Source: Mobula hypostoma (lineage: Eukaryota). From it: a stretch of 64,000 bases of DNA. The stretch covers positions 14,570,001 to 14,634,000 of the forward strand of contig NC_086097.1 of the NCBI RefSeq assembly GCF_963921235.1, read 5' to 3'. Shown here piece after piece: positions 51,311 through 62,873 of the stretch (positions are counted from its first letter, which is position 1; the number at the start of each line of letters is the position of its first letter). The translations under genes and the position numbers were made by a program. The notes below the pieces were generated by a model. That model worked only from the letters and a program-made list of their open reading frames with translations. It was not told where the DNA came from and made no database searches.

Positions 51311-54300
51311 ATTAAAATTAAGGTCCTTTGATGGGCTATGGATTAGTGTGGACACGATAGGCGAAGAGGTCATGTTTGTGTGCGGTGTGATTCTATGACC
51401 CTGTTGATCCATTCCCCTTTTAAAAGGGATGATCTACTCTCCTGGCTGTCTCCAGGACTGCTGCAATTCAACATGATTCATCACCGCCTCCTCAGCAGCA
51501 ATTAGGGATGGATGGTAACTGCTGGCCTTGTCAGTGATGCCCACACCCTGCGAGAGAACAACTCATTTTTGCCCTCACCACGCCTTTGAAGCTCTACCTT
51601 CCAGACCTTAAGCACTCACTGTGTGAAAACGTTCTCCGCTGAAGCCAAGAATCACAGCGGCGGCGGGGGGGGGGGGGGACTGGTGTCGGCATCAGTTCCT
51701 CTTTGGCAGTTCCTTGAGGCTCAGCAGGGTTTGCTTCCAAGTGACAAAGGGCTCAAACCTCGATCGACAGACTCAAACATGTGAGTAGTTGGGTAAATCA
51801 TCAACACCATCGTAATGTGCCGTGTAAAACATGGATAATGCACCCCCCTGTGATGCCCTTATACCGGGATGACAGAACTGTGTGAAAATGAGCTGGGGGG
51901 GACCCTGCACTTCTGCTGCGGGCATCAGGATCATCACCAACCAAGTGCAATTAACTTGTCTGGATTGGTGAGAAGACAAAATCGGAATACGTACAAGTGG
52001 AAACTCTCTAGTCCCGCACCCTGAGACCCAGCTACTGCCTGACCACAGGAAATCTGGAGAACAGAAATTGCCCCCAGTCATCTTCCTCTGAACAGGGATA
52101 CGGTTTTTCTTAAATATACAGACTTTCTGGCGTCATGTATGGGTTCTGGGAATGGTCAGTACCCCAAAGTTTCACAAAGTTGGAAACAGTGTTGGCCGTG
52201 TCTGCAGAAGCTGCACAGGTAGGTTAATGATATATACAGATCTTATCTTAAATTAGTTTATTAGCGTAGATCTGTACTACATACTGGACCATGGAATGAT
52301 ACAGAATATCAAACTAGGGAGTTTCAACCCGCACTATCCGGTTAACACTGTTACGGAACCTAATCTGTTGAGCTGAGCACAGCTACCACACCAAACCTAC
52401 GCCATGACAAGTCAACATCTAAATGAATCCGCCGTCCGGATTTACAGAAGCTTCCGGATCTCCCCCTGGTCTCCTGGACATGGGAACAAACTCTCTCTGT
52501 AGGACAGGACAGCACAACGGGTTGCAGGGGAGCACTGAATGAAATGGCCATCTGATCTCTGACCCAACAAGAGAAACTTTTCCAGGGTATTCTCTAAATC
52601 AGAATCCACCCAAACTTGACTGCAGTGGTCCCTGAAGTATGAATGGATATCAGGAGTTCCACAGATTGCAACTGTGATGATGATGCTGGTCAAATGGTGG
52701 ACCAAACACTCCTTCTGCCATACCAATTAGATGGTAGTGTTAAAGAGATACAAACTCTCTTCAAGCACTATTGAGGAGGGGAATGGTGGAAGTATGTCTC
52801 TTCAGTAGGTAAACCACAGACTAGACACTGCTGCTGAACTGGCCACACACAGGTATAAGTAGAGCTGAGTTCTGAAGAGCAAACTGGAAATACAATGAGA
52901 CAGTGAAAGACTAAAGCAAGTGCTCCAGGTGACCTGTTCCCAAGCAATATCTTGCGTCAATATTCCCAGATCCACCTGCCTTATCGAGGTCCAACCAGCC
53001 TCTGAGGAAGAGAGTCCCACAGCCCCTACAATCCTCCATGAGAAAACTACACCCCATCTGTCTGATATAAGCAGGCCCTGGCTTTCAGTCTGAGGCTCCG
53101 AATTCTAGATTCTCCCACAGGAAGAAACACACCCTCCACGACAGTCGTGTCACGAACCGGCAGCATTTAACATCTTGTAATCAAGCCCGCTCCTGCAAGA
53201 GAACCACAAACTCGTGGTAGAGTTTGGAGGCTTGTGTGCCTCAATCATCCAGCGAGCTGTGCGGGCTGGAGTCAGGGCTTTGTGCTTTGGTTCTCAGGGT
53301 CACCCCTGCCAAACAGGTCAAAGGGTAGAGGCCAGACTAAGAGTGGTCCACCGGTCCTCCAGGTTTGGGGGTCCAGCTCAGAGCTAACAACCCTGACTGG
53401 TCAAACAAAGCCATTACAGAAACAGCAATGAAGAATCGTTCTAACAGACAGAGACAGAGGACTGTCATTGCGGCCAGTGACGTAACAGGCAGTGATTAAT
53501 TAAGCCTGCTAACCCTTTATCCAGCAGATAAAAGTCTAGCTTGTCCAGCCTTTCCTCCTGAGACAACCCAGCTATTGCAGGGGTTTAATACATTAACATC
53601 CCTTGCTAAGCAAGGAGACCAAGACCGCGAAGAGTAGTCTAGATGTAGAGTCTCACCAAAGACCACTATGGTATTGAATTTTCTTCATTAAAAACTATAG
53701 CATTCTGTCACTTAAAGACTTAATTTAACAATGAAGGGATAAGCAAGATCCGTTTAAAGCCAGTCCACTGCCGGTGTCAGGTCTGCTCCCATTCAGGGAT
53801 TGTAATTGTGCCTCATTCACCCCCACTGAACCGGGACGGGAGCAACCACTTTAACTAGCGCCCCAAGCGGTTTGGCCATCTCAGCGCAGTCCCTGGACTC
53901 TGAGGGGGGAAGCTTTCCCTGGGTGCCATTTTTTAGCCAGTTTGGGAGCCCGGTCCAATGTTTCTGTAAGTCTCATTAATCCATGTCCAGTTATCTGCGC
54001 TACAGCAGCCTCAGTTTTACAGACGAGAGCGGCTGCCAACATTCCTGGTGCTGTGTGCTGGCAGACAGCAAGCACAAAAGGCTAATTAGACTTGGCCAGC
54101 CAGAAACACTGACCTGCCCACAGATCCCAGCCCCAACTGGTGACCACCAGGTTCCAGTTACGTATGTGACAGAGGTTGGGGGAGAGAATACAGAAACCCA
54201 ATTTAAAAACAGACACATCTTACCAAGACAAAACTCCGGACAAGGCTGGTAGCCGTTCAGCTCAGGAATCAACTTGTTCAAAGGGCTGGAAAACTTTGGA

Positions 54301-54457
54301 AGCTGAGACACACACACACACACACACACACACACATTATAGCAACCCCAGAGAAAAGCAAGTTCTCTACATCAATAGCTGTGCTTTATTTTTAAACTAC
54401 CATGTTGGGTATATCAGGAATAGAATCAGGGCAATTCATCACACAGAAAATATCCAT

Positions 54458-54725
54458 ATTTTATTTTATTTTATTTAGAGATAGAGAACAGATCCTTCCA
54501 GCCTAACAAGCCACATCGTCCAGCAACGCGCCTTCCCAACCCTAGCCTAATCACAGGACAAGTAACAATAATCAAATACTGTAACCTGCTAACTGGTATG
54601 TCTTTGGACTGTGGGAGGAAACCTATGTATTCACGGGGAGAACGTACAAACTCCTTACAGACAATGCTGGAATTGAACTCAAAACTCTGGAATGCCCCAA
54701 GCTGTAAAGGCATTTTGCCCACTAA
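54458..54725 (-). mobile_element. V-SINE (HE1-like)
   Basis: Family match in reverse orientation with a (tttat)n tail. Confidence 0.8.
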
Positions 54726-55721
54726 CCCACCCCTCCACAACCCCAACCACCACTGCTTTATCATTTCCGGTCAGAGTCACCTTTATGTACAGACATTGCT
54801 GTGCCTAGCATCATTTTATAGACACACCATCAATCTACGTGTATGAGCCATCTTATAAATTTATATTTATTGTATTTTTCTGTATTATTGTCTTCTTTAC
54901 CTTACTGTATTTTTTTAATGCTGCATTGGATCTGGAGTAACAATTATTTCATTCCCCTTTACACTTGTGGACTGGAAATGACATTAAGCAACCTTGAATC
55001 TTGTATCCTCCCTCATTCCAGAGGGTGGAGTTTAACACAACAAAATGGAGGCTCTCGTGTGTGATCAGTGAACAGAATGGCCCACTGCTGTAAAGGGCAA
55101 ATTTCGGTGGCATAGCACCACCCCATCCCCAAGGGTTCTTCTATTATTTACTTGCTCTCAGGCAGGCTGGCACTTTTTCCCCAGATTCGCTTTAGGAAAG
55201 ATTACGTCAATTATTTGGCGATGGGTCTGGAGTCACCAAAGGGTCAGACAAGAATGCCGGTGGTGCTCACGGCTCCCTGGATTGTCACTGCCATCATACC
55301 TGGGGGAGATGAAGCAGTGCGAGTCTGCTTTCAGGGAATGCAGGAAACTGATGAGCGATGGGCCAGAGAAGGGAAATGTGGAGATTGGAAAAACAGTACC
55401 CAAACAACATGCTCTTTCTGAGTAAATCTCTCAAAACAATTCACGCCTACAAGGGCCTACAGCAGCTTCCCGAGAGGTGGGAATCCCAAGCTCCCCCATA
55501 CAAGCACGGCAGCCTGGCCGCAACCAGCATTCTCGGTCTGAAAGCTCAGCGGCCTTCAGTTCTTCAGCACCAAGGCTCAACCACACAATATCCTATACAA
55601 TTATTTATAATTTCTTCCGTATATGAAATTCTACAGCACAGGAACAGAACATTTGGCTCATCTGCTCCACGCCGACCAACATTCCTAGCTAAGCCTGCCT
55701 TTGGCCCATATCGCTCTAAAC

Positions 55722-55802
55722 CAGGGGTTCCCAACCTGGGCTCCACAGACTCCTTAGTTAATGGTAGGAGTCCATGGCATAAAAAAGGCTGGGAACCCCC
55801 TG
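55722..55802 (+). mobile_element. ~80-bp hAT (Charlie-like) MITE with a perfect 8-bp TSD
   Basis: TIRs caggggttcccaacc / ggctgggaaccccctg; TSD ctctaaac at 55714-55721 and 55803-55810. Confidence 0.85.
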
Positions 55803-56043
55803 CTCTAAACCTATACCTGTCCAATTTGAAGTGTCCATAATATACTGTACCTGTCTCAACTGCTTCCTCTGCCAGTTCATTCCATACACTGGTCACCCTC
55901 TGCCGCTGTCGGGAAGGGGGTCCAGGAGCTTTTGGTCCCACACCATCAACTTCAGGAACAGTTATTACCATCGGGCTCCCAAACCAGAGGGGGGATAACT
56001 TCACTCACCCCAGCACGGAACTGATTCCATAACTTATGGTTAT

Positions 56044-56081
56044 AAGTCCTGACGAAGGATCCCAGCCCGAAACGTCAATTG
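56044..56081 (+). ncRNA. Hammerhead motif with intact core but weakened stems
   Basis: aagtc CTGACGA aggatcccagccc GAAA CG TC aattg, followed by the PLE-type sequence ctagagatgctgc...ccagcaacttt. Confidence 0.5.
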
Positions 56082-56769
56082 TACCTCTTCCTAGAGATGC
56101 TGCATGCACCAGCAACTTTTATGTGTGTTCCATAAGTTATGGACTCAATTTCACGGACTCTACAGCTCATATTCTCAGTTTCATTCATTGATTTATTTAT
56201 TATTATATTTGCAGAGTTTGTCTTTTGCACATTGGTTGTTTGTCAGTCTTTGTGTGCAGTTTTTCATTAAGTCTATTATATTTCTTTGTTCTGTTGTGAA
56301 TGCCTGCAAGAAAACAAATCTCTGGGTTGTATATGGTGACATATATGTACTTTGATGATAATTTTACTTTGAATCCTCTGGGTGAAAAGGTTTCCCCTCA
56401 GGTTCCTGTTAAATCTCTCCCCTTGCACCTTAAATCTGTGCTCTCTAGTTCTTGATTCGCCAACCATGGGAAAAATACTATGAGCAATCACCTATCCACA
56501 CTTCTTGTGATTTTATACACATCCTTAAAATTACACCCATTCCCTACACTCCAGTGAGAACAGCCCCAATCCGATCAACCTCTGTGTAGCTCAGTCCCAG
56601 CAATATCTGTCTAAATCTCCTCTGCACTCTTTCCAACTAAGTGACAACTTTCCCAAAGCAGGGTGACTGAAACAGAACAAAATAAAATACATAAAAGTTG
56701 CATCCCCATGCGATTATTCCAAACACTCCTTTAAATATATCAGAAGCAATACAAATATAAACAAAAAAA

Positions 56770-56806
56770 AACACACAAGTGATTCTGCGGATGCTAGAAA
56801 TCTAGA

Positions 56807-56837
<31 letters not shown>

Positions 56838-57240
56838 CAGGCAGCGTCTATGGAGGGGAATAACCAGACCTTCAGGGTGAGGCGGCACTTCGCCTGTGAG
56901 TGTTGGGGTCATCTATCCAGCCTCCTCTATGTTGGTGAGGGCCGGCGCAGGCTGGGAGGCCACTTTCTCCAGCACTCTTGCTCTGTCCGCCACAAGCAGC
57001 TCTCCCTGCCACTACTCATTTCAATCCGACTTCCCATTCCCACTCTGGCATCTCTCACCATAGTCTCCTCTACAGCCACAGTGACGTGTAACGCATTTTG
57101 GAGGAGCAACACCTCATAGTCTGTCTGGGGACTGATGGCATGGATAAGATTACTCTGACTGCTGGTAATTTCAACCCCCCCACCCTCTTTACACCTTCCC
57201 CTCCCCCACATTCTTATTCTGGCTTCTGCCCCCTCCCTTC
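56770..57240 (+). mobile_element. Degenerate Penelope-like GIY-YIG fragment preceded by an inverted pseudo-LTR remnant
   Basis: Translation LLYVGEGRRRLGGHFLQH... and ttggaggagcaacacctcat resemble 12971-13245; frameshifted. Confidence 0.7.
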
Positions 57241-57626
57241 CCAGTCTGAAAGCAAATAAATTTGTCATTTCAGGTCTATGGTAAACACAGGCCACAAAAC
57301 AAGAAAAAAGACCTAAAATTTGAGAATTTACAGGATATGTAACTAGACTGAAGCTGCATTGCTGAATGCTTCATCATCAGTAACCACTTTTGGCTTTCAG
57401 TTATACATTATAGAATGCTTCACAGTTTTTCATGAGAGCTTATACTTTTGGCGGATCCCCTCTCCCGCAACCAGTCATCACCTTCCTCAGCATTTGATCT
57501 CTTCTCGGGAACCGGACACGAGAAAAGAGTTAAATCGGGTGATTAAATAACGAGGTGGCAAGTCACTCCCGAAAGAAGGGGGAAAAGGAGGGTAGCCCTG
57601 AGGGAGTGAAAAACAGGAGAAAATCA

Positions 57627-58079
57627 TACACACACATGCACACTCACGCAGATATACACACACACACACACATGCACACACTCACGCAGATACACATACA
57701 CACACACACACATGCACACTCACGCAGATATACACACACACACACACACACATGCACACTCACGCAGATACACACACACACACACACATGCACACTCACG
57801 CAGATATACACACACACATACACACACACATGCACACTCACGCAGATACACACACACACACACACACATGCACACTCACGCAGATACACACACACACACA
57901 CACATGCACACTCACGCAGATATACACACACACACACACACACACATGCACACTCACGCAGATACACACACACACACACACACACACACATGCACACTCA
58001 CGCAGATACACACACACACACATGCACACTCACGCAGATATACACACACACACACACACACACATGCACACTCACGCAG

Positions 58080-58112
<33 letters not shown>

Positions 58113-58164
58113 CACACTCACGCAGATACACACACACACACACACATGCACACTCACGCAGATA

Positions 58165-58197
<33 letters not shown>

Positions 58198-58290
58198 TCA
58201 CTCATACACAGATATCGCATGCATGTATGCACACATGCACAGATTCGCACACACACACTCTCTCTCTCTCACACACACACACACACATAC
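57627..58290. repeat. Compound minisatellite: unit CATGCACACTCACGCAGATA plus a variable (CA)n spacer
   Basis: Directly visible tandem array of more than a dozen units; it generates the spurious His/Thr and Cys/Val ORFs. Confidence 0.95.
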
Positions 58291-59164
58291 GGGCACATGC
58301 AAACACCCACACAAACATTGAAATATGTAGCTACACACAGAGGTGCGCACGAACTCACATAAACTCAGGCAATACTTTTTTCCTCCAATATCTATGCACA
58401 CATCTCCTTTAATCGGGTCTCTTTCCCACCTGGTGTTATATCTCGGGCTTCCTGTATAAATAAACTTTGATGTTGAGACAGGGAATTGAAGCCCGGTTTC
58501 ACTCGAGAGTGCCTGAGTCTAGAGATTGTCGGGACTGGGGCAGCGGTGACTCCGGCTATCGTGCACATCTGCAGCTCCAAACGACCAAGTTCTACATTCT
58601 CATCTTTACATTCACTTTAGCTTCACATTCACATGTCTACCGTGAATTGCAAAGATGAGTAACACACATCAGACTTGGGAGAAAGCCTCAGCCACGGGCT
58701 CCCGACCGGCTTCAGCGAGGCTGCACAATTTGTCGTCTTTTGCACATTGCTGTTTGTCAGTCTTTGTTTCTGTATAGATTTTCATTAAATCTATTGCATT
58801 CCTTTTATTTCTCCTGTAACTGCCTGCAAGAAAACGCGCGTTGGTGTGTGTGCGCGCGTTTGTGGAAGTGTTTTGAGGACGTGTCCGTGTTTGTGTGCAC
58901 AGGACAGGAGCGGGTTGGGGATCAGTGCAGAGAGCACACACCAGGGACGCTGGAGATCTCGGCGAAGAATCTGTAAACGGGCAGCCGAGGGCACCCGGTG
59001 GAGGCAGGCACCGGGGCAGCAGTGCAAACAATATGACACCAGCACACTTCCACCGCTCTGCTGAAATATTTTCCTCCACCTCACTACAAACAAAACAGTA
59101 CCAGTTCGAAGTTTTCAACGCAAGGCTTTACCAACATTTGGGATTTGGCTCGGTGGAACGTTGG

Positions 59165-59375
59165 AGCGAGGGGAGAGAGGGGGAAAGAGAGAAGGGAGGA
59201 AGGGGAGAAAGAGAGGGAGAAAGGTGGAAGAGAGAAAGGGAGAGAGATTGAGAGGGGGAAGAGAAAGCAAAAGGGGGGAGAGGGAGGGGAGGGAGACGGG
59301 GTAGGGAGGGAGAGGGATGGAGGAGAGAAAGACAGGAAAGAAAGGGGAGAGATAGCAAGAGAGAGGAAGAAGACA
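59165..59375 (+). repeat. Polypurine (GA-rich) low-complexity tract
   Basis: About 200 nt made almost exclusively of G and A. Confidence 0.9.
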
Positions 59376-60009
59376 CCTGCGAAGGACAGTGTGTTGAAAT
59401 AAGAGGGAGTGAGGGTACATGGGAGGGGGAAGGTGCAAGAACAAGAAAGGAAGTGAATATACGGGAGACAGGGTTGCAGGCTGGACTGTGGGTGGAGAGA
59501 GGAATGCAAAGAAAGAATGTTGGAGTCTGTGTGTTGGGGGGGGGAGAGAACGTGGGTGCTGTGGGAGTCGAAATCCTCACTCTACCTGAGGCACATCCAC
59601 AAAGCACACCTCAAAGTGCCAGCAGACTGTCGGGACACCGGGGCGGACCGGTGGGATGAAAACAGCTGCTGCCTTCCTTCACACGGCCGACTACCGATCA
59701 AAACCAATAAACAATGAAATACAATAATCCTCCACCTCCACCTCTCTCAACATCACCTCAAAATCCATTTCTCTACATGCAAATTCACAGGTTCAAAAGC
59801 CATTTCACCACATGGACAATCACCGAAACAAAACTGAATTCTTCAACATTTTCTTCCAAGTGATTTACATCCTGAAAATTTTTAAATGCTAAAATAAAAC
59901 AGTTCTCTTAATACTAAAGCTTTTAAACCTATTTATAAAAACAATGAACCATGTACATTACTTCACTATTTTTTCTCTCTTTTTGCATTACTTGTTTAAA
60001 CTTTATATA

Positions 60010-60831
60010 CAATGGATTCCGGTTAATTGGGTCATTGGTTAATTCATTTTTGCTCTCTCTCTCTCTCTCTTCTTAAAACGACTTTCTGAATTCTTGGGAC
60101 AACTCTTTACGAACAAAAACAAATCCAAGAGAATTGCCGGGGTATCCTTTGTTTATTTGAAACACTATGCCACTTAAACGGGGCAGGAGACTGTTGCTGA
60201 ACGGGTTCTAACTAGTGTCAGTCACGCACACTTGTGTGGCCATTAGATGCCAACACCATGCTTAGAGCAAACAGTTTTAAATGACGACAGTTGCATGCGC
60301 CTGTGCGTAAAAAAGCAGTGATTTCTGTCATCGATAGTGAGAAACTAACAGAAAGACAATTTGGAGCTGTTCTGCTCACTGCGGTTTCAAGCATTCAGGC
60401 TTGGAGATGTCAGAAACGTCTGGGAGTGAAAATGAAACGATTTCACTACTTCAACAAGTTAAGAACTATGAAGAATTTTAAGGTATGAATAATCATCTTG
60501 AACGAAAATGAAGATTTGGAGGATGAAATCACCAAGAGCACTGTATGAAGTCAATCCTCTGCACTGGGTGTTTGCACTGATTTTGTTCATTTACAGTCAA
60601 AAGAACGCAAAGTGGATGAATTTCTCCGTCGATAAATATTAGGAACTAATACAGTTTTATGGCCCTGCAACAGTATTAGTAATGTTCTAATTTGTTCTCA
60701 TCATTTGTTTTTCAGGTTGCCCTATATATACCTTTTAACTATTTCCATGAAACATCAGCTAATTAGGGTAGCCGCTTAATTGGGTCAAAATGCACTGGTC
60801 CCTGATGTGTCCCATTAATGGAAATCCACTA
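60010..60831. mobile_element. Tc1/mariner-superfamily (pogo/Tigger-like) non-autonomous element nested in a Rex1-like tail
   Basis: TA-caatggattccggttaattggg ... cccattaatggaaatccacta imperfect TIRs; the Rex1-like tail resumes on both sides. Confidence 0.55.
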
Positions 60832-62420
60832 TGTTTACTTCGTTTTTATGACACACACCAATGATATTAAAACTGATTCTGATTCCAAAAGAACGCCAGC
60901 GTCAGCAATAATGTTTTTTAAAATTACATTAAGAGATTACAGAAATGCACTGCAAACGCTTATTCTGGAGATTTACGGTTAAGCTGCACACCGGACAGAA
61001 AATATACAAACCCTGATTTCATGCACACGGATAGGTGTGCGTGCAAGCATATGCACATACATACACACGCACACATGCACAGATAAACACAGATACACCC
61101 ACAGAAACTCTGAGGAAGTGCCAGATGCTGATCAAACAACCCAACAACATGAAGCCAGCAACTCTCCCAAATCTCACTCGCCGTCATGGGACAATTTAAA
61201 GAATACGCTTCTCAGATGCTATCAGTACGCCTGCTGGGACAGGTACAAGCCAAGCATTCAGACTCGGAATACCCTCGGGTAAATGATGCGGAGCCATCGA
61301 CCTGAACCGCAAGAGACCCTCTGGTGAAGTCTGCGGGGGAGAAAGGGGTTCTGAGATTTGCACCCAGTCATCACGAGGGAATAGCAGGTCAGGATACCAC
61401 TACAGGGAAAACTGCCAGAATGTCCACATTCGGCTTCCTCGGTTCATCCAAACTCCAATCTTGGAAGAGCATTGTTTTTAATGCAGACATGATTTCATTC
61501 AACCCATTACACAACTTAGTATTTGTTTAGACAGCTCAGCAACCCCTACACGAATAAGCAGTGAATTAAAACACACACACACATGTGCACTATAAAAATC
61601 AGCCCCTATAAACAACGTCAACAAGGAAATCCAAACCACGCTGCCTCCGCCCTTAACTTTCATTTTGCCTGCGTGGGTTCTTTTGTTGAATAAAGGTAAG
61701 TCTTCCTTCTGGGTTAGGCAAAACTGACTTCCTGGGCAAAAGGTAAAGGACTCCTTTCTAGAAATCAGGGAACAAAGTCCCTTGTAGAATCCAGGCACAA
61801 AATGAGATCGTTACCCTTCAACAAAAATCAGTTCCTACTCTTCACCGAGTCAGGGTGACAAGAGGAAGGTGATTTTCCTCCAAAGACATAAAACTAGCCA
61901 ACACAATTAAAGCAGGTATCTTGCACAATATTCCAGAACACCGTTTCCAAAACAAGACAGTAAAATATCAGCACTATTCATGATTAAAGCAACCTCTTTT
62001 CTTAACATTATAGTCAGCAGGGTCAATACCTCCCAGACACTTTCTGGAGCAACAGTGTGGAATCATAACTAAAACAGTAATGCTTATAATAAAAGCACAC
62101 AAAGGTATCGGGAGGGCAGGTTGCCCAATTTGTGGAGAAAATGCGTGCGTGTGCGCGCAAGCTAGGATGTGTACGTAGAGGTGTCGTGTGCTACACACAG
62201 TAACGATGGGAGAGTCCCAGAGCAGTTTGTGCACAGGTGCTTTTTAACCTCTACCACCCCTCCATGTTATATCGAGAGTGGATCACTCACAAGGTGGTAG
62301 TTTGAAGAAAACCTTAGGGAAACTTTTAACCAAACTCTGACTTGATCTCTCAACAGTGACGTGGTATTGTTGTGGCTGCACTCACATCACAGAGTACAAC
62401 AGCACGCATGCGCGCACACA

Positions 62421-62460
<40 letters not shown>

Positions 62461-62534
62461 CACACGCACGCTCACACACACACATAAGGAAAGAGGCCAA
62501 TTATCAGCTCACTGAGGGGTATTTGACACACTAC

Positions 62535-62873
62535 CTCCTGCAAGGTTTTCCTGCTTGGGGCAAATTCCTTTCGTGGGCGTTAGCAGCCGGTCATCTTCCT
62601 CTGGGGTGACTTGGATGCCAATCTCGACGGGTTCAGACACCCTCCTGGGCTCCGGGTGAGGAGGCGAGGGACTGCGTTTATCCACTGCCTTGTCAAAGCA
62701 GCCGGCCGCCGCGCTGCACTGCTTCCTCTTGTGCTCGATGAAGATGAGGATGTCGGCCAGCGGGAAGTGAGCCTGGCACTGGCCGCAGGTCAGCAGGTCG
62801 TGGTCTCCGCCAGCGGGGCCTGCCATGGACGCATCCTCCTCGTCTGTGCTTGCTGCCTCCACATGGTTAGCCT
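62535..62873 (-). CDS. BCL11B: BCL11B (CTIP2) coding exon 2, containing the N-terminal C2HC zinc finger; internal exon, 339 nt, phase 1-1
   Basis: Translates to [52 protein letters not shown]...[37 protein letters not shown]. [28 protein letters not shown] is the BCL11 family motif. [18 protein letters not shown] and [11 protein letters not shown] match BCL11B better than BCL11A. A pyrimidine-rich tract and cag acceptor end at 62874, and a GAG|gtagtg donor begins at 62534. Confidence 0.93.

Larger units (their letters stand above)
1..62534 (-). other. BCL11B: Intronic sequence downstream of BCL11B exon 2 (intron 2, or introns 2 and 3)
   Basis: Lies 3' of the exon-2 donor on the minus strand. 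No KDEPSSY/C2H2 zinc-finger exon or other recognisable host ORF occurs in the six-frame track. Confidence 0.8.

Noticed and set aside
57627..58200. Repeat-spacer appearance reminiscent of a CRISPR array
   Set aside because: The spacers are only (CA)n, the context is vertebrate, and there are no cas genes.
57555..58412. Longest ORFs in the window (285, 216 and 189 aa; His/Thr-rich or Cys/Val-rich)
   Set aside because: They are translations of a (CA)n-based satellite that lacks stop codons; not genes.
58895..59607. Several 85-159 aa ORFs rich in Glu/Arg/Gly or Pro/Ser/Leu
   Set aside because: They are products of a polypurine/polypyrimidine low-complexity tract.
62535..62873. Assignment to BCL11A or ZNF296
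   Set aside because: The residues [18 protein letters not shown] and [11 protein letters not shown] fit BCL11B better.
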